Positions 42,850-55,852 of a stretch of 64,000 bases of DNA are shown here, one piece after another. The translations under genes were made by a program, and so were the position numbers. Position 1 is the first letter of the stretch; every line of letters starts with the position of its first letter. Source of the stretch: Fimbriosthenelais zetlandica (Eukaryota). The stretch is taken from contig OZ365110.1 in NCBI GenBank assembly GCA_977030845.1, forward strand, positions 23,188,001-23,252,000, given 5' to 3'. Below the pieces are notes generated by a model that saw nothing but the letters and a program-made list of their open reading frames with translations, had not been told where the DNA came from and searched no databases.

Positions 42850-45700
42850 AAAACGCTGATATTGGTAATGTCTGTAAATATTATAAATTCCCAGTAATAT
42901 TTAACCTCCCTTCATAAAAGGGAATCTCAAATGAAAATCTATTGTGGATATTTGTATCATAGTGAGAGTATCTCGATATTCATACTGATACTTGGATAGT
43001 AAAGTGTTCATCTTGTTCTTAGTCAATAGTTTTATATCTCCGAGTACAATATATATTCTGATAACGATCAGGATCCTCAGGACTCCAACCGTCCCCTCGT
43101 TGTCACTATTTTTACTTATTATGAACCTCTTAGCAATTTTATGTATTTCAATAAAAAGAGGTTTATGTCATCGATCCATGAGTAGACTATGTATCTCGTA
43201 GTTAGAGTAGGTCCTTTAATTCAACCAGGTCAGGTTCAAACTAGGTCTAAGCATTTGATGTGCGGGCATTCAGTGTTCTGAGTAGTTTATGTGAATTCTG
43301 TATCATGCATATTTTTCACCAACTTATCCTCTGATCCATGCGGGAAAAAACCGAATTTGTGTGACCAATTCCTTTTCTGTATCATTCTCCTATTTAAAAT
43401 TTAAATTCAGATTGTAATTTTCCTTAACCTGACCTTAAAGTGAATTTTTGCTCAATGCTCAAACCTAAAGTCCTGAGATATCTTCACTGAACTAGTCATA
43501 ATGTATAAACTATCTTCAAAAGAGACAAGGGTTATAAGACCTGGTGTTTAATATTATGGACCAAATTTTGCTCGGTAACGTTTACATGAATGAAATTATT
43601 TCATGTCAGTGGTGATTAAACTTGTTATACATTTTACTGTGAAGCCAAATCCAGTCAAATCATTTTACCAAAAGTGGTGTAGAGCCAGAAACAATATGAT
43701 GATAAATAATTGCCTTGATAGCAGTATTATATTTGTAAATACTGGAAACCATGTCAAATGTTTCACTTTGGAAGCTTAAATAGCAGGCAGCCAATATGTT
43801 ATAGTCACACTACCTCCTGTGGTTTATCACTCCCACATACCATCACAGAAATAGAGCTAATATCCCTAATTATGCAAACATCTAAGACTAGTTTATGCAA
43901 TATTCCCAGCCAGCTAAACCTAATACATTATACATGTTGATGTTAACAAACCTCATTTGAGGATTCGTGCAATTTGTAATTTTATACCAAATTGTGAATA
44001 TTTGTAAGCGTTCCTCCTATTGCCTGACTTCGTTGGAAAATATTGTCTTTCGACTGGTGTCCTTTTTAATAGAGCAGATAATTATAACTGGTGTTGATGT
44101 TGCCTGTAGTACCCCAGGTTGCCGTTTCTGGAAAAAAAAATCCCTTCTTTTCTGTACAGAACTTAGTTATTTATGCTGCTGATGGTTTTAACGCAGTAGA
44201 TGTTACCAATGGATATGGATTAATTCTGTGGACATTTTTACTTGGTCTCCCCCTATAAATCTTTTAGTTATGGCCATAATCTTAGATTTTTGTTCTTACT
44301 GTAAAATGGCGATCTTCCCCGTACCCCCGAGATTTTCTTGGGTTTATGTGTATCTTTTTATTGTCATTCCCTGTTTAAATGTGAAAAGAAAGAAAATCAG
44401 TTTTATTTGATGCCGATCTCAGTGGTATTATCCCTGTTTATTTGAAGATGGTTTTAAAACTAAATGGTGCTTGTTTCAAGTGTGGAAATATGTACGTTAT
44501 ATTTTAATCCAAATATATTAATATAAAGTCTGAATTTTGAAGATTTTTGTATGTTAAAAGGTAAATTTTATATTCTTAAAGGCTGATTGTCTTGCGATGT
44601 CTGCTGTTTGGATTTTGGATCTGGTTCTGATTTCTTTAAGGCTTTGGTTTGCTGTGCAGAATAAAAAAGCCTGATATGATTCCATGAATATTAGATGGGC
44701 TTGTTTAGGTCGGACATGTTGAATGTTCTGTGATAGTAAGTGTGCCAGTAGAATTTACTGCTTATATACAATGATCTTCTCAAATTACTCTTCATTTCTT
44801 ATGTAAATCTGATTTATGGATTCAGCTTATTTCACCTTTCTGTTTAATAATGTTTTACTGTACTGCTGTTAACGCCTTGATTATATTATTCTTATAATAA
44901 TGTCTGTTCAACGTAGTGGCTTATGGAATATATAACACATTGAATGGTGGAGTTTTACTATTTATGTGTTATTAGTTAAGCATAGATCCGATCTCGGTAA
45001 GATATTTAAGCATTGCTTTACATCCTTTTCCTTTCATTACATTGGCACAATCTCTCAAAATATTAGAAATGTTATAATATATTCTTTGAATTGCTCATGT
45101 TCCGTTGTCAGGATTTGTATGTTTATAATGAATTGTTTTATTTGTTCCGAAACTATTACCCCGAGCCGAGGATGCAAGTTGTCTGGCAATTCCTTTTTTC
45201 TGCAATTACCTGATTTTGATTTATGTAATTCTGTATTTTAATTTCTCGTAGTTGGTCTGGATCTTTAGTTTTATGCCAGAAATAATTCTGTTAATTGTAA
45301 GTGACTCATTGATAGTTTGGGGATTTTCTTTTGAGTTGCCCGAATAGCATCTCTGGATGCTCTTAGTATTAAGTCACATATAGTATGAAGATATTTGTTT
45401 GCAAATTCCTGCAAGTCAGGCCTTGATTTGAGTTACATCATTGATATAAAGCCTAAAGTTGTTCTGCTGTTCCCTACTGTACCATTCAAGAACATTGCTC
45501 ATGTAAAACGGGAGGGAAGTCATATTGCCTACACGTACTGACACCGATACTTTTTGTTTTCATTAAATATTTTTAAAGGCCACTCAAAGTTGAGCCTTGC
45601 TTCTCATTCAGGGTATCTTCCCGGGTGATGCTTTTGTCAGATCGTCGCTGAGAAATAGATTATTTTCTACATTGTGTGAATAAAGACATGCATGTATTCT
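42850..45700 (-). mobile_element. Possible decayed retroelement or other foreign coding remnant
   Basis: Intergenic region with no splice structure, A-rich on the minus strand, with broken protein-like frames (e.g. DLQEFANKYLHTICDLILRASRDAIRATQKKIPKL; KKELPDNLHPRLGVIVSEQIKQFII; LRDCANVMKGKGCKAMLKYLTEIG; LVLDVCIIRD). No intact RT motif. Confidence 0.25.
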
Positions 45701-46038
45701 TAAAGATATTTAAGGGTTGTGTATTTAATTCAGAATTTTAGAATTAGAGTACTCTACTATAAATTTATTGCAATGCATTCAGTAAACAAATTCATGCATG
45801 TGTAAAATGCCCACGGCAGGCATTCAGCAGTTGAATTTTATCAAATATTTATACATTAATCATTAGCTAAACACCTTTGAATTCAATGCTAATATTTTAT
45901 AGCGGCGCAAAATGATTAGAGGGCAACACCCTTGGCTTGTTTTACCATATAGATAAGATGTAATATGTTAAAGTTAGTAGGTGTTTCAGTATCAGTTTAT
46001 AGCATCATGGATATGGATATTTTCCGTTCACATTTTAA

Positions 46039-47991
46039 TTACATTAACAGGGAGGCCAGAAGTGCCATGACAACCGAGAGTAAGAGATATCCTGCAAACA
46101 AAACAGATGCTATTACAATATAATTCTTAATGTTTCTTAGATAAATGGATTATTTAGTATGTAAAAAGTAATTATCAGAAGTAGTCTGATAATTAATGGT
46201 AATAATTAATTATATCAATGATAGTAATTAGGCAATTCCTTCCTTCAGTAGCCTATTCGTTATGATCAATTTACCTGAAGAATGAGTCGCCTTATCAGCC
46301 ACATAGTCTGACAAACTTATCCTATTCTCCGTGACACTTTCCCTTACTTTAGCCCCTTTTTCATCGCCTGTGATAATTATAAATAAGCATAACATATATA
46401 AGTATATTTCGTCTTACTATTCGAATATGCAAAGAAGTCCATTGGGAATCTCAATTACATTTCATTAATGGTTTGATCAATTTTAATATTTACCTGAGAT
46501 CGGGCCCTTAGAGAGCATGATATACACGGGAGGATACCTATCAAAGTCATCCCTCAGACGTATGACGCCCCCTGATCCTTGGGTGAGCTTCAGTCGGTAC
46601 TTACAATACATGTAGCTACCGTCGGTGTTCGTATCAGTCACAGTAATTAAAGCGTTTGTCTAAATGACATTAAGCAAACAGAAATAGAAATTATTACTCT
46701 ATTAGGAAATTACCATAATGAATTTATATTACTCTTTAAATTACCATACACCCAGATGCTATCCAAAAGAACACCTTTCGGATAGTAGTATTTGGGGATA
46801 TATTTCATTATAACAATGGTAATAAGGTACATGTAGAATGAAACTTACAAAATCATCTGTTAAATATCTAGGTATGCCATTGGTATCGTATACCGAGACT
46901 CTCACTTGAGGCCTGCTATATCGACTGTATCTTACGCATTCATACTGAGTCGATCCTGGCTGAAATCGGGAAAAAATTAATGTTATGCAACGACCAGACA
47001 GTCTTCTTTAGAATTAAAAGACCGTTTGAATTCAAATATAATTTCTTCTTTATGTTCAAGATTCTGTATGTCTTATGAATGTCAGGTCACTAATGCATAT
47101 TGTGCATTGTTCCAAATTATGTTATCAGAATGTTATCAGAATTAAGTTAAACCATTCAGTTTAAATCTTGTATTTGTATCTTCTATTTACAAGTGATTTA
47201 GGCCTTATTATATCCCGTACACATTTTCTTGTTCTTTCATTTCTCAGTGAGGAATATTCATGAAGGCTATTTCTCTATCATAACTATTGTACCTACCAAA
47301 TCTTTCCTGTCTTTATTAAATCCCATAGCAATATAATATCCCTCTCCAGTTGTACTTCCTCCTAATTCAAAATCTATCTCGTTATCAACTCTCCTCCATG
47401 TACCGATAGATTCACAAAATTTGGCAGGTGAGCAGCCAGTCCTGTCTCTATAGCATCCTTTCAAAGAACCACAACCTGCTGTTCTTATTTCCCCGTCCTG
47501 GAAATTTAATATAAAAGTGAAAATATAAAAAAGGGGTATTATATCACCTAAGCGAAAGTTCTGCTAATAATTGTAGTAAAAAGGTGTTTAATCTGGGGCG
47601 CATCCCGGGGGGTCAGCAAGTCATGACCCCTACCCGAGTGGCGGATCCAGTGCGTGGGGGCATTGGAAGACAGGCCTTTATACATTCCCTTTGATGTTTT
47701 ACTCCGATTAAGGTCATACTGGAATGCAGGAAAAGATCGTTTGATTTTTTTTAATCTGAGCCACTGAATCCGCCCCTGCACCTGAATTTGTTTCCCCTTT
47801 TTGAAGATAATTATATATCTTCAAAAATAGAATATATTATTTAAATAAATGCATGTACGTTAATTCCATACCACTTGTCCATTACCACGGAAAGTAGAAA
47901 CTCTGTACGTCGTCCTAAAGAAGTTCGTCTGAGCCTTGGCACCCAATACAAGTAATGGTAGGAGATACAGGAGATTTACTAGGGAAGCCAT
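46039..47991 (-). CDS. Secreted/GPI-anchored DOMON-domain protein (FRRS1/FRRS1L-like DOMON only)
   Basis: Signal peptide MASLVNLLYLLPLLVLGAKAQ; GCGSLKGCY..GCSP..C..IGTWRRVDNEIDFELGGSTTGEGYYIAMGFNKD; MYCKYRLK; YIMLSKGP; C-terminal small-residue site plus hydrophobic tail THSS|GYLLLSVVMALLASLLM*. Six coding exons with consistent phases. Confidence 0.8.
47636..47778. mobile_element. Small MITE-like element with imperfect GGCGGATCCAG-type TIRs in the DOMON gene intron
   Basis: GAGTGGCGGATCCAG (47636-47650) versus the reverse complement of CTGAATCCGCCCCTG (47764-47778): 12/15 match. No clear TSD. Confidence 0.45.
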
Positions 47992-50499
47992 ATCACAGCG
48001 TCTCTATACCCTTCCTAAAATATTTAAAAAATAGTAAATAAAATGTACAGGGGGAGGCATCAGAAATATAAGACTCTTATATTTCAACGCTAATGATTCT
48101 TGAAAAAGTATGCCTAATGTAGAAAATATCATAATATTATACCCGTTTTTTCACAAAACAAAAATTCCAGTGATTATAATAAGCTATATTATCATAAGTG
48201 ATCCTATATCATGCCTATGTGTATGCGTATACGATCTATATAGGCACTGCACTTAAAATTGTGTGTCCAAATAATTTATGGCAAAATGTAGTCTATACTT
48301 TTCAGATAGTTTTTAAAGCCTTTAGAATCCTTTTATACTTCCCATCCATTTTTCGGCTGCATCAATTTCGACAACCATTCTCTTGGAATAGATCTACCTC
48401 GTATGAGGAATATACTCAAATTAGTTATCCGATCTTTTTCATGAATCCTAAAGCTGTTTTCTATAGCCAAAATGATACAAAGTGTTCTACTTACTGTGAT
48501 TTCTTTATCCTTGGGACGAGCCACAACGAAGTCTATCAACCTGTAAAGTCTTCCTCGGGGTAATGCTCGAGACACACCCTATAATCGTCTTGTACATAGT
48601 CTTTGACTTTATTCATTTTCGTGCACACCTCATAATTCATGGAAATTCCATCCTTTTTCGATCTGAAACAATAATTTTTCCTCTAAATTCCCAAATACCA
48701 GTTCTAAACGTTAAGCGGGACATTAGCATTTATGATAAGAAGCTCTAAACATACAGGAGAAAATTAATTTTTTCCTTATGGGTTTCAAGCAACTCTGTCG
48801 TCAGGTGGGGTAGCTTGTTGGATTTCTGTTTGAAGAAGGAAGAACTGGGTGTATTTGCTTTGAGGCGTCATAGATTGTATGAGCAATGTTGAAGTTTAGG
48901 CGTGCCCAATCACAAACACATCTCAGAATATTTTTCATTAAGTACAATAATTGTTATTAATTAATATTATAATACGTCGTTTACCAGAATTTGGGTCCAC
49001 GCCATGGTGATATAAACGTTTTTTGAGGTCACCTATGGTTTGCCAAGCAAATACGTCTCACTGTTAGAACTTTCAGATAGTAGGCCTAGATGTCTATCGG
49101 ATGGTGGGGATTCCACGTACCTAGTACCATTCTCTATTTCAATATTGACCCTATATATATCCCACTAGCAAATGCTTCTAATGGAAATATATGCAACATA
49201 TTTTCAGGAAATTCTTATCAAAATTGTTTATCTTGAATGATAGGGTTATGATGGTTTTTACAAGTGTTTATTAAATATTTGAAGATCAGGTATGATTAAT
49301 CTGCAGGGTTTATAAGTCAGCTTACAAGGAAAATATATAAACTGGATGTCTCAGCCATTCTCTATCCCAGATAGGCCCAACACAAATTAACGAGGTTAGC
49401 CTAACCTTTTGAGAAATTCTGAATAGGAAATTTCGTCACGAATGTGTAGGCCTAGGCCTACCTACATTTAGGCCTACCGGGGTAGCCTAATCGAATATAT
49501 CACTAGGCTATGATCCTATGTTGGCCTATTAACCAGGGACTGGGCAAGGACCAATAAATGTCTGTTGTGGTTTTATAGCCTAATATTGGCTATCACTGAG
49601 ACCATAATTATGAGATAATAATTTTGACTGTCTTGATGGGTGGAGTGGGAGTCGGGTGAGGTGGAGAATGTTTTTTGTTTTGTGTTCCAGCCTCTGGCGC
49701 CCAAGCAGGTGTCCCTGTCCCGCTGGGTGGAGCCTGTGGAGCCCAAGCAGGGCTACGGGTAGGTTACTAAGATTTCTATGGGGTAGGCTATGCCAGAGAC
49801 CCTAATATAAGGTTTCTTACTATGCCTACCGGGGAAGCCTAGCCTGATTTGCCCTAAACTAAAGCATAGTAGGCCTACCGGTAGGCCTACGTGTAGGCTA
49901 GTGAATCCTATGCCTATACCTATTTGACATATACGTCATGTACTCCATACATTGATAAGATCAATATTTTCCTGGGATGGGTAGATCGATTTTGGGCGGG
50001 AAACCTCTGAGCTTGTATCCGGAGTCGACACAGGTGCGCCCCCTGTGATTGTTCCCCCGTACTAATAGGCTACCCTGGCGTGGCGTGCAACGGAGGATGA
50101 TACAAGATTGTGGACGGAAACTCTCAATTTTCACACCAATCCTTTGAAGGGACGTGAAAGACATCGTTTGAAAGGTGAAAACAAACTTTAGGAATCCGGG
50201 GAATCAGAGGTAAGGGGTTGCCAGTGTCAATTTAAACGGCAGATGAACTTTAATAACGAGAGAGTCCGGTGGCAACTCCGGGCTCGAAAACATCCCCCAT
50301 TTTGGATGGAGTGGCCAGTGGGGCCCATCATCTCCATCTGATTCTCCAGATACATGTATATGTTGAATTGAATTGTGCATTTTATTGAAGATTTGTTATC
50401 CCTATTTTAAGTTTTTGCCTCTTGGCTAACATAGACCTGTTTTTATAAATTATAGCCGACTTGGTGTTTTTGCCTCGGCTCATGCGGTCTTGTGGTACC

Positions 50500-50710
50500 G
50501 GTGTAATGATTTCAAGTTCCCCCCTATTCAAGTTCCCCCCAGAAACTTGAATAGGGGGCAGGAAGATGAAAAAGTTTTGAAATTCCTGGTGGGGTGGTGG
50601 AGGTGGAATTTGAAAATGTTTTCAAATTCCTGGGGTTGAATGGGAATTTGAAAACGTTTTCAAATTCCTAGGGGGAACATGAATGGTGGGGAACTTGAAA
50701 TCGTTACACC
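50500..50710. mobile_element. MITE with 23-bp TIRs and internal palindromes
   Basis: GGTGTAATGATTTCAAGTTCCCC at the left end and GGGGAACTTGAAATCGTTACACC at the right end (22/23 match). The palindrome GGAATTTGAAAA(T/C)GTTTTCAAATTCC occurs twice internally. Confidence 0.8.
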
Positions 50711-50767
50711 TGTTAATATTACGTATGGCACAGACGAAAAAGAGTCTACAGGCCTACCAGTAAAAGG

Positions 50768-51578
50768 GGTAGGGGAACCCGGGGCAAAGACCAAAATGGA
50801 ACAGTCCCATAGAAAACTGTTCAAGTGCTCCCATCTACTCCTGTAGCATAACCATGAGTTACTCCTTTCTTGGTGGGAATCACCATTTCAGAGGATCACC
50901 TTTTGTATATTTTCTGGGAATTTTATAAACTTTTCAGCTGTAAATTTGTAAAATTTGGACTACATAAATTATTTTAAAAGGTCAACTAATTATTGAAGCA
51001 CATACTTGCTATCCAACACCATGGCAGTAGATAAGTATGAATAAGCATTTAGTGGGCATGGTATTGATTTGATAAATTATAATTTCCTTGGGGGTCATAT
51101 GATAGAAAAAAATATGTCTGGGGCAAAGTGGAACGCTGTTCTTGGGGCAAAGTGGAATATACATAAAGACATTTGACCAGCTGTAATTATACTAATATCT
51201 ACTGCAGAGAATTACTAATATATTAAAGGCAATCTGTCATGGTAGGATGCCCCTTCCATACCGTATGTCGTTTTTGACCCTTACACTTACATTTAGTATA
51301 ATCACATTCCACTTTGCCCCAAAGGACATTCCACTTTGCCCCACGTTAATTTCCTATGTTCCACTTTCCCCATTGTATCCGAACTAAGTGGAATATTTTT
51401 CAAAAACATAAATTTATTTTTTTATACTAAAATAATATCTAGCTAGGGCCAAGTTGTCAACGACAAGTCCCTAACCTAACCTCCAAATGCAGTGAGAAAA
51501 TATAACTTTATTGTTCTTTAAAAAAATACTATTTAACATTAAAAATTTCTGTTCCACTTTGCCCCGGGTTCCCCTACC
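50768..51578. mobile_element. 811-bp non-autonomous DNA transposon with perfect 21-bp TIRs
   Basis: GGTAGGGGAACCCGGGGCAAA (50768-50788) and its exact reverse complement (51558-51578). GGGGCAAAGTGGAA / TTCCACTTTGCCCC repeats occur internally. No ORF. Confidence 0.85.
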
Positions 51579-51867
51579 GGTAGGCCCTAACGTTACTTTT
51601 TCAGAATTTCCTGCTTGTAAATGTAAAAACAAAAAGGCATGTTTTCAATAAAGAGAACGGACATTAGATGGGTATAGATTCTAGTCTTTGTAGATCTTTG
51701 TAAAGATAGTATACGGTATATCTTGCCCATGGATATGAAATTAACTTCTAGTAGGCCTATTATCTTTTTTACCGGGTAGGGCCTACCGGTTTTATAGAGC
51801 TTCTATGTACCATTACAGTAGCCTACCGTAGGCCTATACAGATTTCTGAATGATTTCTTTGTAGAAA

Positions 51868-54800
51868 ATGGTTGAGCGATGGAGCTCGAGAGATATCAAG
51901 GAGCTCCTGAGGAACAAATACGTGGTTGTAATAGGAGATTCCAGTGAGTTTACACATATTTTTATTCATGGTTTTATTAATTTATTTAATTGTAATTTAT
52001 TGTACTTATTAATAGTTATTGAAGTAAATTAGCAATAGGCCACAATAACAGTAGGCCAGGTCTGCTCAGTACTGGTAGTAGACCAATTTTGGAAAAATGC
52101 TTGAGAATTTTCTAGTGACTTTGGTCTTTGTAACTTTCAGGGGTTTTTTTTGCTACACAATTCCTGGTTCTTTAAAATGTGTAGGCTATAATTAAATTTA
52201 AAAGGACTGTCAAATTTTTACAATAAAGTAGGTTTTAAATTTGTCAGTTTATTTCTACCCTACATTTACTTTTTCCGATACCGGTATATCCCTATTTTAT
52301 ATAGGCCTACCGGTATCGGGTCTTTATATTAGTGGCATGATATGAAGCAGCATGAAATTTAATGAATTTAATGAGTAGCCTACAAAATATTCTAATCCGT
52401 TTTACATTTTATCTTCATCAGTTCAGCGCGGGGTATACAAGGATATAATATATATGTTACATAATGAAGGCTATGTAGATGATCAGATCCTCAGAACCAA
52501 GGTAAATATATTATCCTATATATTCTTACCCTCAGTGTACCTGTAGTTCCAATCAGACAAGTAGCCTATGCCTTTGCAAGATCATCTTTAGACTAATGAA
52601 TAACTGATTTCTTTTTAGGGTGAGAGATCTTGTCTTGGTGATGAGCTTATAGAAGGTGGAAAATATGGTGAGATGCACAATGGAAAAAACTACCGAGAAG
52701 TCCGCCATTACAAATGTCCATCGAACTACTACATGGTGACTTTCTATATGGTCACTGCCTGCTACTCTGAATACATGGAAACCATACTCTGTGATCTGTG
52801 GAACGATCCTCGACCTGATATCATCATCATGAACAGCTGTGTGTGGGATATTACCAGGTAAATCACTTACTCGCTCACTCACCCGTCCACTCACCCCATC
52901 CGTCATCCATTCACTCGCTTACTCGCTCCCACACTCACCCCCTCGTACATTCTGTGATTCACTCGGTTACTCGCTCTTTTATACATTCGTCCGTTCACTA
53001 AATCCCTCATTCACTCGCTTACTCCAGCTCGTACTCAATGTAACTGTTAATCGCAATCTCACAAGGACTCTTCCTTAAGTTACTTGCTCGATCAATCAAT
53101 CAATCGCACTTTCAATCTATCAATCCATTCACTCTATTACTCATTCATATACTCGATTACCCACACTTCTTCTTTAATTGTCTTGCTGTTAATGTAATGC
53201 ATGTAATGTAAAAGAAAATGATATAATATCATTATCAGACAGAAATTCGGAGAAACAGTCCTGACTAACCTCAGAAGTAAGGTGTTAATATTTGAATACA
53301 TGTATGTAGGCCTATATAATATATAATAATCTTTTTCCAGGTATGGACCTTCATCCAATAAAAGATACGAGCGTAATATCCAGTGCCTTGCTAAGAGGAT
53401 GAAGACAGTGCTGCCTGAAAGCTGCCTCTTTCTGTGGCTCACTACCACCCCGCTAGACAGGAAGGTCCGCGGTGGATTCCTACTGCAGGAGATCTCCTTC
53501 CTTAACCAGATCCTCCGACTAGATGTCCTAGAGGCCAACTTCTACGCTCGCCAGGTAAATGAATTCCTGGAGTCCAACATAGTCAGAATTTAATTAATCA
53601 AGTGACAGAGTAACTCTAGACTCAGATTGCCGTAAATCAAATAGTTGATTTATAATTAAATTAATTGGAATTAATTAAAATAAATCATAAATTAGTTATT
53701 GATTGCGTTGATATAATTAATCATAACTCTATGATGTAGAAGGTAGCTGAAATCAAAATGTATTTTTTTCTAGGTGATGGTTGACTATGGTTTTGATGTA
53801 CTTGACATGCACTACCACTTTGTGAAATGGACTGACCTTCGCAAGAACGATGGTATCCACTGGAATCCCAAAGGTCATCGTAAAATGTCCAACCTTATCC
53901 TTGACCACATTGCCGATGCTTTCGGTTTCCCAATCCCGCGCCGGCCAGTCTGGAACCCCGACCCATCCAGACATGCTCCAACAAGCAGGTTAGTGTCTTT
54001 TAATCTGGCTCATTCTTCTTTTTCAGGAATGAATAATATATTCTCTGATGCATGGTGTTGTTCTGGAAAGCTTTGTCAGGAGTTTCATGTGCGTGGGATA
54101 CGTGCTAGGTTCTCAGTCAGACGTATAAACTAAGACAGGGTCTACTGGAGGTGCCTATCCACATCAACATGCTTCACATCTCATCTCAACACTGGTGATT
54201 TTCTCATTTATCTAATAGTTAATATTCATTGTTCAAACCTTTCGCATATAATGCGCATGCTGCTGAAGACAAATCTTAAGTTAGGTTAACTTAAAAAATA
54301 CCTTTACAACATTTCTTGAGTTAACCATCAGATTATTTCCATGTTGCAGGTCAGTGCCCCAACGGCTGTCCCAGAATCATCAGTCCAGATCATCCATGAA
54401 GCAAAAGCCTTTTTCACAAGGATCGCCTCGTAGCGTGTCCTGGGCCTCTAATGTCCAAGACAACTCTAAACATCCCACTACTCAGTCCTCAAAGCCTGCC
54501 TGGGAATATCGCTCACCATTAGGTCCTCGGCCTCAGGTCACAACGCCAGGATTAAACCAGCAAAACGTAACACAAACAGCTGATAAGATCAACAAAAAGA
54601 GACGAAGGAATCGAGTGAGGAAACGAAATGCAATTGATGCTTCATACTCTGCCCAGAATGTATCCAACCCAAAGCGTGCACGGAAACCCTCATCACACAG
54701 TGGAGGGAAACCATTACCACACAACAGTGCAAGGAAACCGTCGCCACACTGTGCAAGGAAACCGTTGCCACACAGTGCAAGGAAACCGTTGCCAAACAGT

Positions 54801-54938
54801 GCAAGGAAACCATCAACAAATAAAGCGAGGAAACCGTTACCAAAAAGTGAAAGGAAACCGTTACCTTCTCCCTTGGACAAGAAGGAAAAAGTGGAAAAGA
54901 TAAGAAGAAGGAACCACCATAGGGCCAATACGACTTGA
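51868..54938 (+). CDS. PCED1: PC-esterase domain-containing protein 1, isoform with basic ARKPLP-repeat tail
   Basis: MVERWSSRDIKELLRNKYVVVIGDS|IQRGVYKD, HNGKNYREVR, PDIIIMNSCVWDITR|YG, GGFLLQE, DVLEANFY and FDVLDMHYHF..NDGIHW. The GDS and DxxH catalytic motifs are intact. Donor 53988 splices in phase to 54350; stop at 54938. Confidence 0.9.
52860..53160. repeat. Degenerate (CACT/CATT/CAAT)n low-complexity tract in a PCED1 intron
   Basis: Direct reading of repeated cactc/cattc/actcg/caat units. Confidence 0.7.
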
Positions 54939-55852
54939 TTGGAAATTCGGTTTTGAAAAATACAAAAAAAATGAGATCCTAGCTGCTGACTCGCCCCTGA
55001 TTCTACACTGGTCATTTTGCCAATTTTTTAAAATAATTTCTATTACATCTGGGATAGGCCATTGGATACGGTTATATTTCCTGACTTTGGCGTACATGAT
55101 AATCGTGACTTTTATTTTATGAACGGGCACATTTTTTGATTTTTTGATTGGATTGACGTGGAAAAATATAAGGTTGTCTTCACGGTATCTAGCAAAGAGG
55201 AAGTGAGAGGGACATGAACAACCCTAATCAAGACATCCAATACGAGAACACGGATTACTTGGATAGAAACTACAAAGATGACAACCTATAGACATAAGAT
55301 AGATAATTCCTCTGATTGATTTTTTCCTTGGTTTAAATATTTCTCTAATGTGTTCTCGGGAAATATTTTTTACTTATTTTATTTTTAAAAAAAAGACACT
55401 TTTTTTATTATTTATAAGATTTCTTCGATAGTGTATCTTTTGTACATTTTTTCGTCAGTTTCTTTATACATAAGATTTAATTAAGGGTCTCTTTTGGGGA
55501 CATTTAGGTTGTTAGTTTTATAAAAAAAAATTTCTGTGAAAAACTGAAAATTAACAAAAAAAATAAAAATAAGCTTAAGAGTATTGTCTAGTGTCCTTTT
55601 CAATTATTGAAAGCGATGAAGGCAGTAGAAGTATTTATGTAAAAAACAAAATGTAAAATTATACCAATTTACGATAGGCTACAGAGTTACTAATTTTTCT
55701 AAATTAATTTTTGATATTTGATATGTCAATGTAATGTTATTAATGGAACTATTCTCTCCCTTTTTTATAATTATATAATGAATTTCTTAACGCCAAATAT
55801 TGTTCAAATTCTTATCAAGTTATATATATATATCTCTCTCTCTCTTTCCTAG

